In this document: piece by piece, positions 24,276-33,364 of the stretch
Layout: every line of letters begins with the position of its first letter
How positions within the stretch are numbered: position 1 is the first letter of the stretch
From: an uncultured Eggerthellaceae bacterium
GTDB lineage: Bacteria > Actinomycetota > Coriobacteriia > Coriobacteriales > Eggerthellaceae
Direction: 5' to 3'
Assembly: GCA_934630485.1 (NCBI GenBank)
Contig: CAKTWD010000001.1
Span: 1 to 62,658 of the forward strand
DNA length: 62,658 bases
Translations under genes and position numbers: made by a program
The notes under the pieces: generated by a model
What the model saw: the letters and a program-made list of their open reading frames with translations, nothing else
What the model was told of the DNA's origin: nothing
Database searches by the model: none

Positions 24276-24294
24276 CAAGATGGGAGGACGCCTT

Positions 24295-24606
24295 ATGTCG
24301 GTGTTCGAGGAGGTGCTTGAGGAGGAGTTCGGAAGATCCGTTCGCCTTAGTGACCATATGCAAGCTGAGCTTGAGCTGCTGCCCAAGGGAAGTGTCCGTT
24401 CGCGAAAGATAAAAGGTCGCGAGTACTATTATCTGAATTATCGCGAGGGCGATAAAGTGAAGTCTGACTATGTCCCCGCATCTGACATTGATGATGTTCG
24501 TCGGAAAATTGAACGTCGGAAAGAGTTGAAGGCTGCTTTAAAAGAGCAAGAACGCACACGCCAGCAGATCGAGCGAGCTTTGGGGAGGGTCCCCGATGTT
24601 GTCTGA
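24295..24606 (+). CDS. Small protein partner of the GSU2403-type nucleotidyltransferase (putative antitoxin/regulator)
   Basis: 103 aa from ATG 24295 (RBS GGAGG 7 nt upstream). Motif KIKGREYYYLNYREGDKVKSDYV followed by a charged helix RRKIERRKELKAALKEQERTRQQIE. It overlaps the next gene by 11 nt. Confidence 0.7.
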   Translation: MSVFEEVLEEEFGRSVRLSDHMQAELELLPKGSVRSRKIKGREYYYLNYREGDKVKSDYVPASDIDDVRRKIERRKELKAALKEQERTRQQIERALGRVPDVV

Positions 24607-25243
24607 ACAGCAGCATGCGTTTGCCCGCGTTCTTGATCTTATTGAAGAGGCTGGCTGCATGTCTTTTGTTGTTCTGATTGGCTCGTGGGCGGAGTATGTA
24701 TACAAAGAAGCTGGGATTTTGCCCGGCTTTGACCCTAATATCAGGACACTGGATGTCGACTTTCTTATACGTAATTTGAGGCGCCCTGTTCCAGCTGCGA
24801 GTTTGGCGGTGCTTGCAAAAGAGAAAGGCTTCTTTGTTGAGTCGGATCGTCTGAATGGGTCGACGAAGATCCTTGACGCGTCGGGTCTTGAAGTCGAGTT
24901 TCTAATTCGAAAAATGGGCGCTGGCGCGGAGGTCGCGCTTAAAACGAATGTCGGGGTGACTGCGCAAACGCTTCGGCATTTGGAAATTCTCTCGACGAAT
25001 CTTCTTGAGACAATTTGTTTGGGGCATGTGCTTCGGGTTCCTGCGCCTGAGGCATACGTGATTCACAAGATGGTGATAAACGACGAAAGAGGCCCGAAGG
25101 CCGAGAAGGACGCAGTGGCCGTTATGGCCTTAGCTTCTTATCTTGTCGAAGAAAAAGCGATTGCTATATTCGAATCACTTACCAAAAAGGAACAGTTGCG
25201 CGTCAGGGCCTTTATCGCGAAGTACGGCATCGAGAATCAGTAG
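24596..25243 (+). CDS. GSU2403-family nucleotidyltransferase-fold protein (AbiEii/MNT-like putative toxin)
   Basis: NTase signature VVLIGSWAEYVY...TLDVDFLI (hG[GS]...DxD), then EVEFL and APEAYVIHKMV. Confidence 0.82.
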   Translation: MLSEQQHAFARVLDLIEEAGCMSFVVLIGSWAEYVYKEAGILPGFDPNIRTLDVDFLIRNLRRPVPAASLAVLAKEKGFFVESDRLNGSTKILDASGLEVEFLIRKMGAGAEVALKTNVGVTAQTLRHLEILSTNLLETICLGHVLRVPAPEAYVIHKMVINDERGPKAEKDAVAVMALASYLVEEKAIAIFESLTKKEQLRVRAFIAKYGIENQ

Positions 25244-25300
25244 GCTAGGCTCGCGATGCACGGAGCAGACATGAGGTTTAATGCGTGGGCTTGCTCTGGG

Positions 25301-25930
25301 TTAGATCAGCGAAATCAGTAGTTCGTGGATGCGAGTGTCGGCGTCCAACTCGGGGTGGAACGCGACGCCGATTTGGTTTCCGCTGCGTACGGCAACGATG
25401 CGGCCGTCAACCTGGGCAAGGACCTGCGCATCGCCGCGGGCTTCTTTGATGAACGGCGCACGGATGAACGTCATGGGGATGTCCGCCGGCTCCGTTTCGT
25501 CAGGCAAACCCGCGCAGGGTGCGGTAGTGCGGAAACTTCCAAGCTGCCTGCCGTAAGCGTTGCGCTGAACGGTGACGGGAAGGGTTCCAAACGCGCCAGC
25601 TGCGGTTGAGCCCGCGGCGACGGGGCCGTTGGGATCGCCCGCTGCGGGGACGCCTTCCTCCACGGTTTCGGCCAGCAGGATAAGACCCGCGCAGGTGCCA
25701 AGCGCAGGCATGCCTTCGGCAATGCGCTGACGCAGGGGTTCGAGCATTCCCAGTTCGCGGAGCATTTTCGCCTGAGCGGTGCTTTCGCCGCCGGGAAGCA
25801 CTAGCGCGTCGAAAGGTTTTTCCAGATCGGCCGCCTGGCGAAGCTCGATGCACTCGCAGCCAAGCTTGCGCAGCATGCGCTCGTGCTCGATAAATGCTCC
25901 CTGAACAGCCAAAACGGCGATAGTCTTCAT
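25301..25930 (-). CDS. pdxT: Pyridoxal 5'-phosphate synthase glutaminase subunit
   Basis: Motifs IAVLAVQGAFIEH, LVLPGGESTA, LGTCAGLILL, AFHPEL. Confidence 0.92.
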   Translation of the reverse strand: MKTIAVLAVQGAFIEHERMLRKLGCECIELRQAADLEKPFDALVLPGGESTAQAKMLRELGMLEPLRQRIAEGMPALGTCAGLILLAETVEEGVPAAGDPNGPVAAGSTAAGAFGTLPVTVQRNAYGRQLGSFRTTAPCAGLPDETEPADIPMTFIRAPFIKEARGDAQVLAQVDGRIVAVRSGNQIGVAFHPELDADTRIHELLISLI

Positions 25931-26072
25931 AAGGCTCCCTTTTTCGAATAAGAAAGGAAGGCCGTGAGCGCGGCCTTCCCGGTGATGCGTTTGCGTGCAG
26001 GCTTGGTTTGCTGGGCAGCGTGGTGCGCCCTCCCCCGCGATCGCCTGCGGGTTTGATTGGCCGGCGGTGCGG

Positions 26073-26963
26073 TTACTTGCCGCGCTCGGCCATGAGCAGG
26101 GCGATCTCGCTCTCGTTGATGCCGACCATGGCCTCGCCCAGGTCCTCGGACAGCTCGGCGATCAGCTTGGCGTCGGTATAGTTGGCGACGGCCTTGACGA
26201 TTGCCTGCGCGCGCTTGGCGGGGTTGCCGCTCTTGAAGATGCCGCTGCCGACGAATACGCCCTCGGCGCCCAGCTGCATCATGAGCGCGGCGTCGGCGGG
26301 GGTGGCCACGCCGCCGGCTGCGAAGTTCACTACGGGCAAGCTGCCGTTCTCGTGCACGTACTTCACCAGTTCAACGGGAACCTGCAGCTGCTTGGCCGCT
26401 TCGAACAGCTCGTCCTCGCGCAGATTCTGGATATGGCGGATCTCGCGATTCATCATGCGCATGTGGCGCACGGCTTGAACGACGTCGCCGGTGCCGGGCT
26501 CGCCCTTGGTGCGGATCATGGTTGCGCCCTCGGCGATGCGGCGAAGTGCCTCACCTAGATCGCGGGCGCCGCAGACGAACGGAACGCTGAACTGGGTCTT
26601 GTCGATGTGGTACGTGTCATCAGCAGGAGACAGGACCTCGGATTCGTCGATGTAGTCGATGTCGATGGCTTGCAGGATCTGAGCCTCGACGAAGTGACCG
26701 ATGCGGCATTTGGCCATGACGGGGATGCTGACAGCCTCCTGAATTCCCTTGATCATCTTGGGGTCGCTCATGCGAGAGACGCCACCTGCGGCGCGGATGT
26801 CGGCGGGGATGCGCTCGAGCGCCATAACGGCGCAGGCGCCGGCTTCTTCGGCGATACGAGCCTGCTCTGGGGTGGTGACGTCCATAATGACGCCGCCCTT
26901 CAACATCTGGGCAAGCTGGCGGTTGAGCGCAACGCGCTCGGCAGCGGTCTGTTCTTCGGTCAT
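26073..26963 (-). CDS. pdxS: Pyridoxal 5'-phosphate synthase lyase subunit
   Basis: Motifs [80 protein letters not shown]. Confidence 0.95.
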   Translation of the reverse strand: MTEEQTAAERVALNRQLAQMLKGGVIMDVTTPEQARIAEEAGACAVMALERIPADIRAAGGVSRMSDPKMIKGIQEAVSIPVMAKCRIGHFVEAQILQAIDIDYIDESEVLSPADDTYHIDKTQFSVPFVCGARDLGEALRRIAEGATMIRTKGEPGTGDVVQAVRHMRMMNREIRHIQNLREDELFEAAKQLQVPVELVKYVHENGSLPVVNFAAGGVATPADAALMMQLGAEGVFVGSGIFKSGNPAKRAQAIVKAVANYTDAKLIAELSEDLGEAMVGINESEIALLMAERGK

Positions 26964-27000
26964 ATCGGTTCCTTTCGGTCCGTTGGGTTTCTGTTGTGCA

Positions 27001-27038
27001 ATGGATGGAAGATTAGTCGTTAGCTGGATATATGGATA
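27001..27038. promoter_or_regulatory. Candidate PdxR operator: three TGGAT(A/G) motifs in the pdxS-pdxR divergent region
   Basis: ATGGATGGA (27001-27009), TGGATA (27025-27030) and TGGATA (27033-27038). Confidence 0.3.
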
Positions 27039-27106
27039 TAGTCAGAATCAACTTAATAAGTAAGACCAGTTAGGTGTCTGCCGGATTCAGTTGCAGGGGG
27101 GGACGG

Positions 27107-28675
27107 ATGTTCTCGTACGACATGGCGAATCGGGATGGGCAAACTCTGTATGAGCACCTCTACCGCTGTATTCGTCACGATATCGCTCACGGGGCCGTTT
27201 CGGCAGGGCAGAAGCTTCCTTCGAAGCGCGCTTTGGCCGAGCATCTGGGCGTGAGTCTTGTTACCGTCGAGGCGGCGTATCGTCAGCTTGTTGCCGAGGG
27301 CTACGTGATATCGCGTGAGCGAAGCGGCTATTTCGTTTGCGAGTTGGCGCCCGCAGAAAAAATCGGTTTGCTTTCCGATGGATTGCCATCGAGCTTGCGT
27401 GCGAGTGATGATGGATTGCCGTCAGACGTTCGGGCGGCTGCTGATGGGTTGGTGTTGGATTCGCAGGCGGCTGCAGGTAGGTCGCTGTCAAATTCTGGGT
27501 CAGCCCTCGATGGCGCGGAGTTCGACTCTCCGATCCAATTCGACTTCACGCGCGGCGATGCCGCAACGAAGATCTTCCCGTATTCTGCTTGGGCAAAGAC
27601 GGTCCGCCGTGTGCTTTCCGATGGCACGCCCGAATCGCTGGCGCAGGCTTCAACCGCCGCGGGCTCGCCGCAGCTTCGTCGCGCAATCGCCAACTATCTG
27701 CGTGAGTATCGCGGCATGAGCGTGTCTTCCGATCAGATCATTATCGGAGCAGGATCGCAAGTGTTGTATCAGTTAGTGGCTCAGCTTCTTGGCCGCCAGA
27801 AAGTCTACGCCATCGAAACGCCGGGCTACCCGCTTCTTGCCAAAATGTATGCAGCGCTTAATGCAGAATCTTGCTTGATTCCCGTTGATGAGCAGGGTAT
27901 GAATGTTGGCGCGCTGATGGAATCTGACGCGGATGTTCTGCACGTTATGCCGTCGCATCAGTTTCCAACCGGTGTGGTAATGTCTGCGGCTCGTCGCCGC
28001 GAGTTGCTTAACTGGACGCGCGAAGCGTCGGGCCGCTTCATCATCGAAGACGACTACGATTCTGAGTTCCGCATGCACGGCCGTCCGGTTGCAACGCTTT
28101 TCGGCATCGATGCGGCGGGCAAGGTTCTTTATCTGAACTCGTTCGCAAAAAGCCTTGGCAGCGCATTTCGCATTGCCTATCTGGTTCTTCCCGAATCGCT
28201 GGCCCAGCGATTCAACGCTGAGCTGGGTTTCTATTCGAATACGGTCAGCCCGCTTGATCAGCTTGCGCTGGCGTCGTTTATTGAGGAGGGGCATTACGAG
28301 CGCCATGTCAATCGACTGCGCACCCACGCGCGTCGTTCGCAGGAGGCTTTGGTCGAGGCGTTGCGAAAAGGCCCCCTGGCGCATCGTTTGCGGTTCGAAG
28401 GCTTTGGCAGGGGCTTGCATTTCGTCATGGCATTTAAGGACAAGCGTTCTGAAGCCGAGCTAGCGGGTTTGGCTGCGAAGGCAGGGGTCTGGATTGCCCC
28501 GATGGGTTCGTTTTCGCTTGCCGCAGACGCGCTGGCCCCTGACGCGCTGGCCGCAGATTCGCCTGAATCAACGTCTTTCGGCGATGGAATGCCGCGCTTC
28601 GTTCTGCGATACGATGGCTCGAGTGAGTCAGCTGCGGAAGATGCTGCTCGCGCGCTGGAATCTGCATGGTCTTAG
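27107..28675 (+). CDS. pdxR: MocR/PdxR-type GntR-family regulator fused to a fold-type I aminotransferase-like domain
   Basis: wHTH LPSKRALAEHLGVSLVTVEAAYRQLVAEGYV. Long low-complexity linker with GLPS(S/D) repeats. PLP-Lys motif YLNSFAKSLG. It is divergent from pdxST. Confidence 0.88.
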   Translation: MFSYDMANRDGQTLYEHLYRCIRHDIAHGAVSAGQKLPSKRALAEHLGVSLVTVEAAYRQLVAEGYVISRERSGYFVCELAPAEKIGLLSDGLPSSLRASDDGLPSDVRAAADGLVLDSQAAAGRSLSNSGSALDGAEFDSPIQFDFTRGDAATKIFPYSAWAKTVRRVLSDGTPESLAQASTAAGSPQLRRAIANYLREYRGMSVSSDQIIIGAGSQVLYQLVAQLLGRQKVYAIETPGYPLLAKMYAALNAESCLIPVDEQGMNVGALMESDADVLHVMPSHQFPTGVVMSAARRRELLNWTREASGRFIIEDDYDSEFRMHGRPVATLFGIDAAGKVLYLNSFAKSLGSAFRIAYLVLPESLAQRFNAELGFYSNTVSPLDQLALASFIEEGHYERHVNRLRTHARRSQEALVEALRKGPLAHRLRFEGFGRGLHFVMAFKDKRSEAELAGLAAKAGVWIAPMGSFSLAADALAPDALAADSPESTSFGDGMPRFVLRYDGSSESAAEDAARALESAWS

Positions 28676-28775
28676 GTTGATGCAGTTTTCGTTACTTTCA
28701 ATTAATAGTAGCTACCGCAGATAGGGGCATGTTTCTAGAATCGTTCCGTTAGATTGATTGAAAGTCGGTTCGGTA

Positions 28776-29984
28776 ATGAGCATGTTCAGCGAGTATTCTG
28801 CCACCGAAGTTAAGAACGACTTGTTGGCGGGCATTGTTTCGTGTTTTTCAGTGATCCCCGAAGTTGTCGGGTTCTGCCTGTTGGCGGGCGTGAGTCCCAC
28901 GTTGGGGCTTTGGACCTCGATTGTGTTTCTGATTCTGGGGTCGTTTTTGGGCGGTCGCCCTGCTATGGTTTCGGCAGGCGCGGGCTCGATGGCCCTGGTT
29001 GTTATGACGCTTATCGCCGATTACGGAACCGAGTACCTGTTCGCGGCCGTTCTTTTGGCCGGCGTCGTCCAGCTGCTGCTGGGTTTCCTTCATGCTGACA
29101 AGCTCATCCGCTTCGTGCCCGCAACGGTAATGCTGGGCTTCGTGGACGCTTTGGCGATCGTCATTTTCTCGGCGCAGATCTCGTCGCTTAAGGACGGTTC
29201 GCTGCTGATGTTCGTCTTCGTTGCGGTGGCCATGGCTATTGTCTACCTGTTCCCGAAGCTAACCGACAAGGTTCCCTCGACTTTGGTGGCGTTGCTGGCG
29301 GTGACGGCGCTCAGCTTGCTGACCGGTGGAACGACCACGTCGGTTGGCGCGATGGCGCAGATTTCGGCCGGCTTGCCAAACTTCTGGGTGCCGACGATTT
29401 TGGCCGACCCGCAAACATGGGTGATCGTGCTGCCGTACGCGGTTTCGCTGGCGTTCGTCGGCTTGCTTGAAACCATGCTGACCGAGCAGGTGGTCGACGA
29501 GATGACTGGCACGTTCAGCGATGCGAACCGCGAGCTGAAAAGCCAGGGCGTGGCGAATGTTGCCAGTGGCTTTTTGGGTGCCATGCCCGGTTGCGCGATG
29601 ATCGGCCAGGCCATGGTCAACGTGAATTCCGGCGGGCGAGGCCGTTTGAGCACGCTGTGCGCCGGCGTTTTGCTGTGCGCGCTGGTGGTTCTTGGCGGCG
29701 AGCTTCTGAACTACGTGCCGCTTGCGGCGCTGGTGGGCGTCATGATCACGGTGGCTATCTCGACGTTCGACTGGAAGCAGACGCGTCGCGTTCTGGTTGA
29801 TGGTTTTAGCAACCCCAGCAAGACGATCGAGCTGATCACGACGCTGGTTACGATTGGCGTGGTGGTTTCGACTAAGAATCTGGCGTTTGGCGCCGGTGCG
29901 GGAATGATCGTTTACTACGGCGCCCGAGCGATCCTTGGCGAGTTCTCGTTCCGCGAGGCGTTCCGTAAGTTGCTGCATCGCTAG
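28776..29984 (+). CDS. SulP-family anion transporter, transmembrane domain only (no STAS domain)
   Basis: Motifs DLLAGIVSCFSVIPEVVGFCLLAGVSP and GVANVASGFLGAMPGCAMIGQAMVN. It ends about 30 aa after the last TM helix. Confidence 0.85.
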   Translation: MSMFSEYSATEVKNDLLAGIVSCFSVIPEVVGFCLLAGVSPTLGLWTSIVFLILGSFLGGRPAMVSAGAGSMALVVMTLIADYGTEYLFAAVLLAGVVQLLLGFLHADKLIRFVPATVMLGFVDALAIVIFSAQISSLKDGSLLMFVFVAVAMAIVYLFPKLTDKVPSTLVALLAVTALSLLTGGTTTSVGAMAQISAGLPNFWVPTILADPQTWVIVLPYAVSLAFVGLLETMLTEQVVDEMTGTFSDANRELKSQGVANVASGFLGAMPGCAMIGQAMVNVNSGGRGRLSTLCAGVLLCALVVLGGELLNYVPLAALVGVMITVAISTFDWKQTRRVLVDGFSNPSKTIELITTLVTIGVVVSTKNLAFGAGAGMIVYYGARAILGEFSFREAFRKLLHR

Positions 29985-30000
29985 ATTAACTAGCTTCAAT

Positions 30001-30096
30001 AACGACAGTAGCCGCTCCTAAAGCGGCTACTTAACCATATTGGCCGTGGAGGGCGTGACCAAACGCTCCACGTCTGCTCCGCATTATACCATGCGG
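30001..30096 (+). repeat. Copy 1 of a ~100-bp dispersed intergenic element
   Basis: AACGACAGTAGCCGCTCCTAAAGCGGCTAC...GCCGTGGAGGGCGTGACCAAACGCTCCACGTCTGCTCCGCATTATACCATGCGG. It aligns with 33240-33342. Confidence 0.75.
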
Positions 30097-30292
30097 CAGT
30101 TCGGGCTACTGATTCCGCGGTATCGTTGCCCCGTTAAAAAACCTGTTGAAGAAGGCCTAATTCTGCCGCTAAGGGATGCCGGCTCTGTGCAGAGTCGAAA
30201 ACCTTTGTCGGGTGTATTAAACCTTTCGCTTCTGTGTTGTAGCATGTGCCCGTGAAAGCGAGCGTCCGCACGATTGCGGGCGCGTTTTGCTC

Positions 30293-31510
30293 ATGCGAGT
30301 ACGCGCTGAATTGATTGGAGGAGCCGTGTCTGCGTTGCGGGTGAGGGTTTGCCTCGCATTGTTGGTGATTGCGGGTTTTGCTCTTGGTTGCTCGGAGTTC
30401 GTCGTTATCGGAATCCAGCCCGAATTGGCGGAAGCGTTCGGCGTTTCGCTGTCGCAAACGGGCAATTTCATGAGTTTCTTTGCGGTGGCATATGCTGTCG
30501 CTACTCCCATTCTCGCCCTGGTCACGGGCCGGTTCAAGCGCTTCACGCTGCTGATTGCCTACAGTGCGGTGCTGATCGTCGGCAATTTGCTGTCAGTCAT
30601 GGCCACCTCGTTTTCGACCATGCTTTTGGCTCGCGTGCTCATTGGCTTGGTTTCCGGTGCTTTGCTTGCTGTTGAGGTCACCTTCATTCCCGAGTTCCTT
30701 GATTCGAAGCGCGTGCCCATTGCTATTTCGATCGTTTACGCGGCGTTCTCGTTTGCCATGGTGCTTTCCACTTCGCTGGGCAAGCTGGCCGCAGAGGTTC
30801 TGTCTTGGCATGTGGCGCTGGTTGCTGTTCTGGTGATCTCGATTGCTGCCAGTGTTGCGATGCTTCTGGTTCTGCCGCGCTCTGGCAAAACCGACGAGCC
30901 TGCAACTGCTCGCGAGCAGCTTCCGTATCTGCACGATTCGCGCGTTATCGCCGGTATGTGCGTTTTCATCTTCGGTGTTGGATCGGTGTATGTTTTCTAC
31001 GGCTATGTTACGCCTTACCTGCAGGGCGTTTTGGGCGTTTCGCCTATTGGGACCAGCGCGGTGCTGATGGGTTATGGCGCGATGTGCATGGTGTCGAACC
31101 TGATATCGGGCTGGGTTGCAAGCCGTTTTGGCATGAAGGCGCTGATCGCGTCCTTTCTTGTTCAGGCGGGTTTGCTATTTGCGCTGTTCATGGTGGGTGG
31201 GGCTACGACCCCGGGCATCGTCATCACGTTACTTATCGGCCTGACGATGTACGTTGTCTCCACCCCGTGCCTGACGATGTTCATGGACGTTGCCCGTCAC
31301 GAGCATCCCAAGGCTCTGACGCTTGCGGCCTCTACCGAGCCGATGGCGTTCAACGTGGGAATTGCGTTTGGCACGGCGATGGGCGGTGCCGTGGTGAACG
31401 GCCCGGGAATCCAGTGTGCGGGTCTGTTTGGCGCGTTGTTCTCGCTGATTGCCTGCGGAATCGTGGTGGCAGCCGTGCGTGCTTCCCAAAGGAAGCGGAG
31501 GGCGGCATAG
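30293..31510 (+). CDS. MFS transporter (12 TM)
   Basis: Hydrophobic 12-helix pattern with the loop 2-3 motif LVTGRFKRFTLL. The start is either 30287 (TTG) or 30293 (ATG). Confidence 0.85.
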   Translation: MRVRAELIGGAVSALRVRVCLALLVIAGFALGCSEFVVIGIQPELAEAFGVSLSQTGNFMSFFAVAYAVATPILALVTGRFKRFTLLIAYSAVLIVGNLLSVMATSFSTMLLARVLIGLVSGALLAVEVTFIPEFLDSKRVPIAISIVYAAFSFAMVLSTSLGKLAAEVLSWHVALVAVLVISIAASVAMLLVLPRSGKTDEPATAREQLPYLHDSRVIAGMCVFIFGVGSVYVFYGYVTPYLQGVLGVSPIGTSAVLMGYGAMCMVSNLISGWVASRFGMKALIASFLVQAGLLFALFMVGGATTPGIVITLLIGLTMYVVSTPCLTMFMDVARHEHPKALTLAASTEPMAFNVGIAFGTAMGGAVVNGPGIQCAGLFGALFSLIACGIVVAAVRASQRKRRAA

Positions 31511-31724
31511 CGTTTGTTAGCCTGGCGCCGCCGGGCGCGGTTTCTTGGGAAAGCGAACGTGATTTGAAGCAAGCGCGTGTCCCAAGCGCGGAATCTGATG
31601 GCGAAACCAAGAGGGCGGCCCACTGGGTCGCCCTCGTTGCATGTGCGTGATCGTGCGCTTGGATTGTTAAGCTGTCTAGTGGCGGAGCGCCGTTGGCTTG
31701 CGGTTGGCGCTGTGCTCCGGTTGT

Positions 31725-32912
31725 CTACTCTTCGCCCGTGCCCTTCAGCATGGTCTCGACTTTGTCGTGGACTTCCTTCAGGCCGGCTTCGTCGATGGTC
31801 CACTGGTGGGTGATGGTGCCGCACGGCATTTCGAACCCGCATTTCTCCAGGTACTCGGCCACTTCCTTGGGGCCCGAAGGAGCCCAGCCGTACGATCCGA
31901 ACGGGATGCCGATGCGGTTCTTCGGCGACAGCCCCTTCATGTAGCAAAGGAACGCGGCGACGGTGGGCATCATGGACGAGTTCAACGTGGGCGAACCAAC
32001 GGCGATGTACTTGGCGGAAAGCACTTCGGTCATGATGTCGGAGATGTGGTTGACGTTCAGGTCAAGCAGCCTGACGGCAATGCCGTTCTCGACGAACGTT
32101 TCGGCGATTTGCTCGGCCATTTTTTCGGTGGTGTGCCACATGCTGTCATAGACGACCAGCGCGTACTCGTCGGTTTCGTTGGCGGACCACTTCTTGTAGG
32201 CGGCGATGATCTCGGGAACGTGTGAGCGCCAAATGATACCGTGAGCAGGCGCGATGATGTCAATGTCAAGACCGGCGACCGCCTCGAGCGCCTTCTGGAC
32301 TTGGCGCGAGTAGGGAAGCACGATGTTGGCGTAGTACTTCTTGGCCTGTTCCATGACCTCGCACAGATCGACCTCGTCGTCGAAATGCATGCTGGACGCG
32401 AAGTGCTGACCGAAGGCGTCGTTGCTGAACAGGATCTTCTCTTCGGCGCAGTACGTGACCATGTTGTCGGGCCAGTGAACCATGGGCGTGTGCACGAACG
32501 TCAGGGTGCGCTTGCCGATGCTCAGGGTTTCGCCCGACTTCACCGGTAGGTAATCGAAATCGTTGCCGTAGTGGGCCTGCAAGCCGGCAAGCCCCTTGGG
32601 GGCACTGGTGACCAGCTTTGCGTTAGGGCAGCGGCTCATGACGACGGGGATCGAGCCGGAGTGGTCCATCTCGACGTGGTTGGACACCAGGTATTCGATT
32701 TTCGCGGGATCGACGATTTGCGAGATGCGGTCGAGCAGGTCGTCCGCGAAGGGACGCTTGCACGTGTCGATGAGCGTGACATGCTCGTCGACGATGAGAT
32801 AGGCGTTGTACGTGGAGCCCCAGTCGGTGGTGTAGCCGTGGAAGTTGCGCTCGTTCCAATCGACGCCGCCAACCCAATAGATGCCCGGCTTGACTTCAGC
32901 TGCATTCAGCAT
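31725..32912 (-). CDS. fprA: FprA-family A-type flavodiiron protein (O2/NO reductase)
   Basis: Metallo-beta-lactamase-like diiron motif YLVSNHVEMDHSG. C-terminal flavodoxin-like domain LVVYDSMWHTTEKMA...GSPTLN. Confidence 0.9.
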   Translation of the reverse strand: MLNAAEVKPGIYWVGGVDWNERNFHGYTTDWGSTYNAYLIVDEHVTLIDTCKRPFADDLLDRISQIVDPAKIEYLVSNHVEMDHSGSIPVVMSRCPNAKLVTSAPKGLAGLQAHYGNDFDYLPVKSGETLSIGKRTLTFVHTPMVHWPDNMVTYCAEEKILFSNDAFGQHFASSMHFDDEVDLCEVMEQAKKYYANIVLPYSRQVQKALEAVAGLDIDIIAPAHGIIWRSHVPEIIAAYKKWSANETDEYALVVYDSMWHTTEKMAEQIAETFVENGIAVRLLDLNVNHISDIMTEVLSAKYIAVGSPTLNSSMMPTVAAFLCYMKGLSPKNRIGIPFGSYGWAPSGPKEVAEYLEKCGFEMPCGTITHQWTIDEAGLKEVHDKVETMLKGTGEE

Positions 32913-33239
32913 GATTGCCCCTTTCTCCTAATGACTCGAATATAGCAGCTTTAATAATGGGAATCAATATCAATAAGAAGAGTGACTGGTTGTTGTCATA
33001 GGGATGTTGGATGGCTGTTGGATTGGTGCGACTTTTTAGCGAAACCACCGTCATGTGGCTGGCAGGTTGATTTTGTAGCATGTTCGCTGGATGCGGGGTG
33101 TGCCCTCTGCCTTTTTCGCAAAAAGGGGAGGTGATTGCCATGGAGTTAGATCTGATCTGCTTCGTGCTTGTTGAAGTGCGAAGAATTCTTCATTTGGCGA
33201 TCGTTCTGATCGTTCTCTTGTAGCAATAGCTCGACTACA

Positions 33240-33342
33240 AACGACAGAAGCCGCTCCTAAGACGGCTTCTGTCGTTTGTAAACACTAGCCGCAGAGGGTG
33301 TGTCCATACGCCCCGCGTCTTGCTTGATTATATCATGCTTGG
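33240..33342 (+). repeat. Copy 2 of the ~100-bp dispersed intergenic element
   Basis: AACGACAGAAGCCGCTCCTAAGACGGCTTCTGTCGTTTGT...GCCGCAGAGGGTGTGTCCATACGCCCCGCGTCTTGCTTGATTATATCATGCTTGG. Confidence 0.75.
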
Positions 33343-33364
33343 GAAGAGGTCGGCGTTACCTGAG

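Noticed and set aside
30040-30255. 71-aa ORF in the MFS leader as a leader peptide
   Set aside because: It has no RBS, and it starts inside the dispersed repeat element. The analogous ORF in copy 2 is antisense to lysR, so the ORFs are most likely by-products of the repeat.
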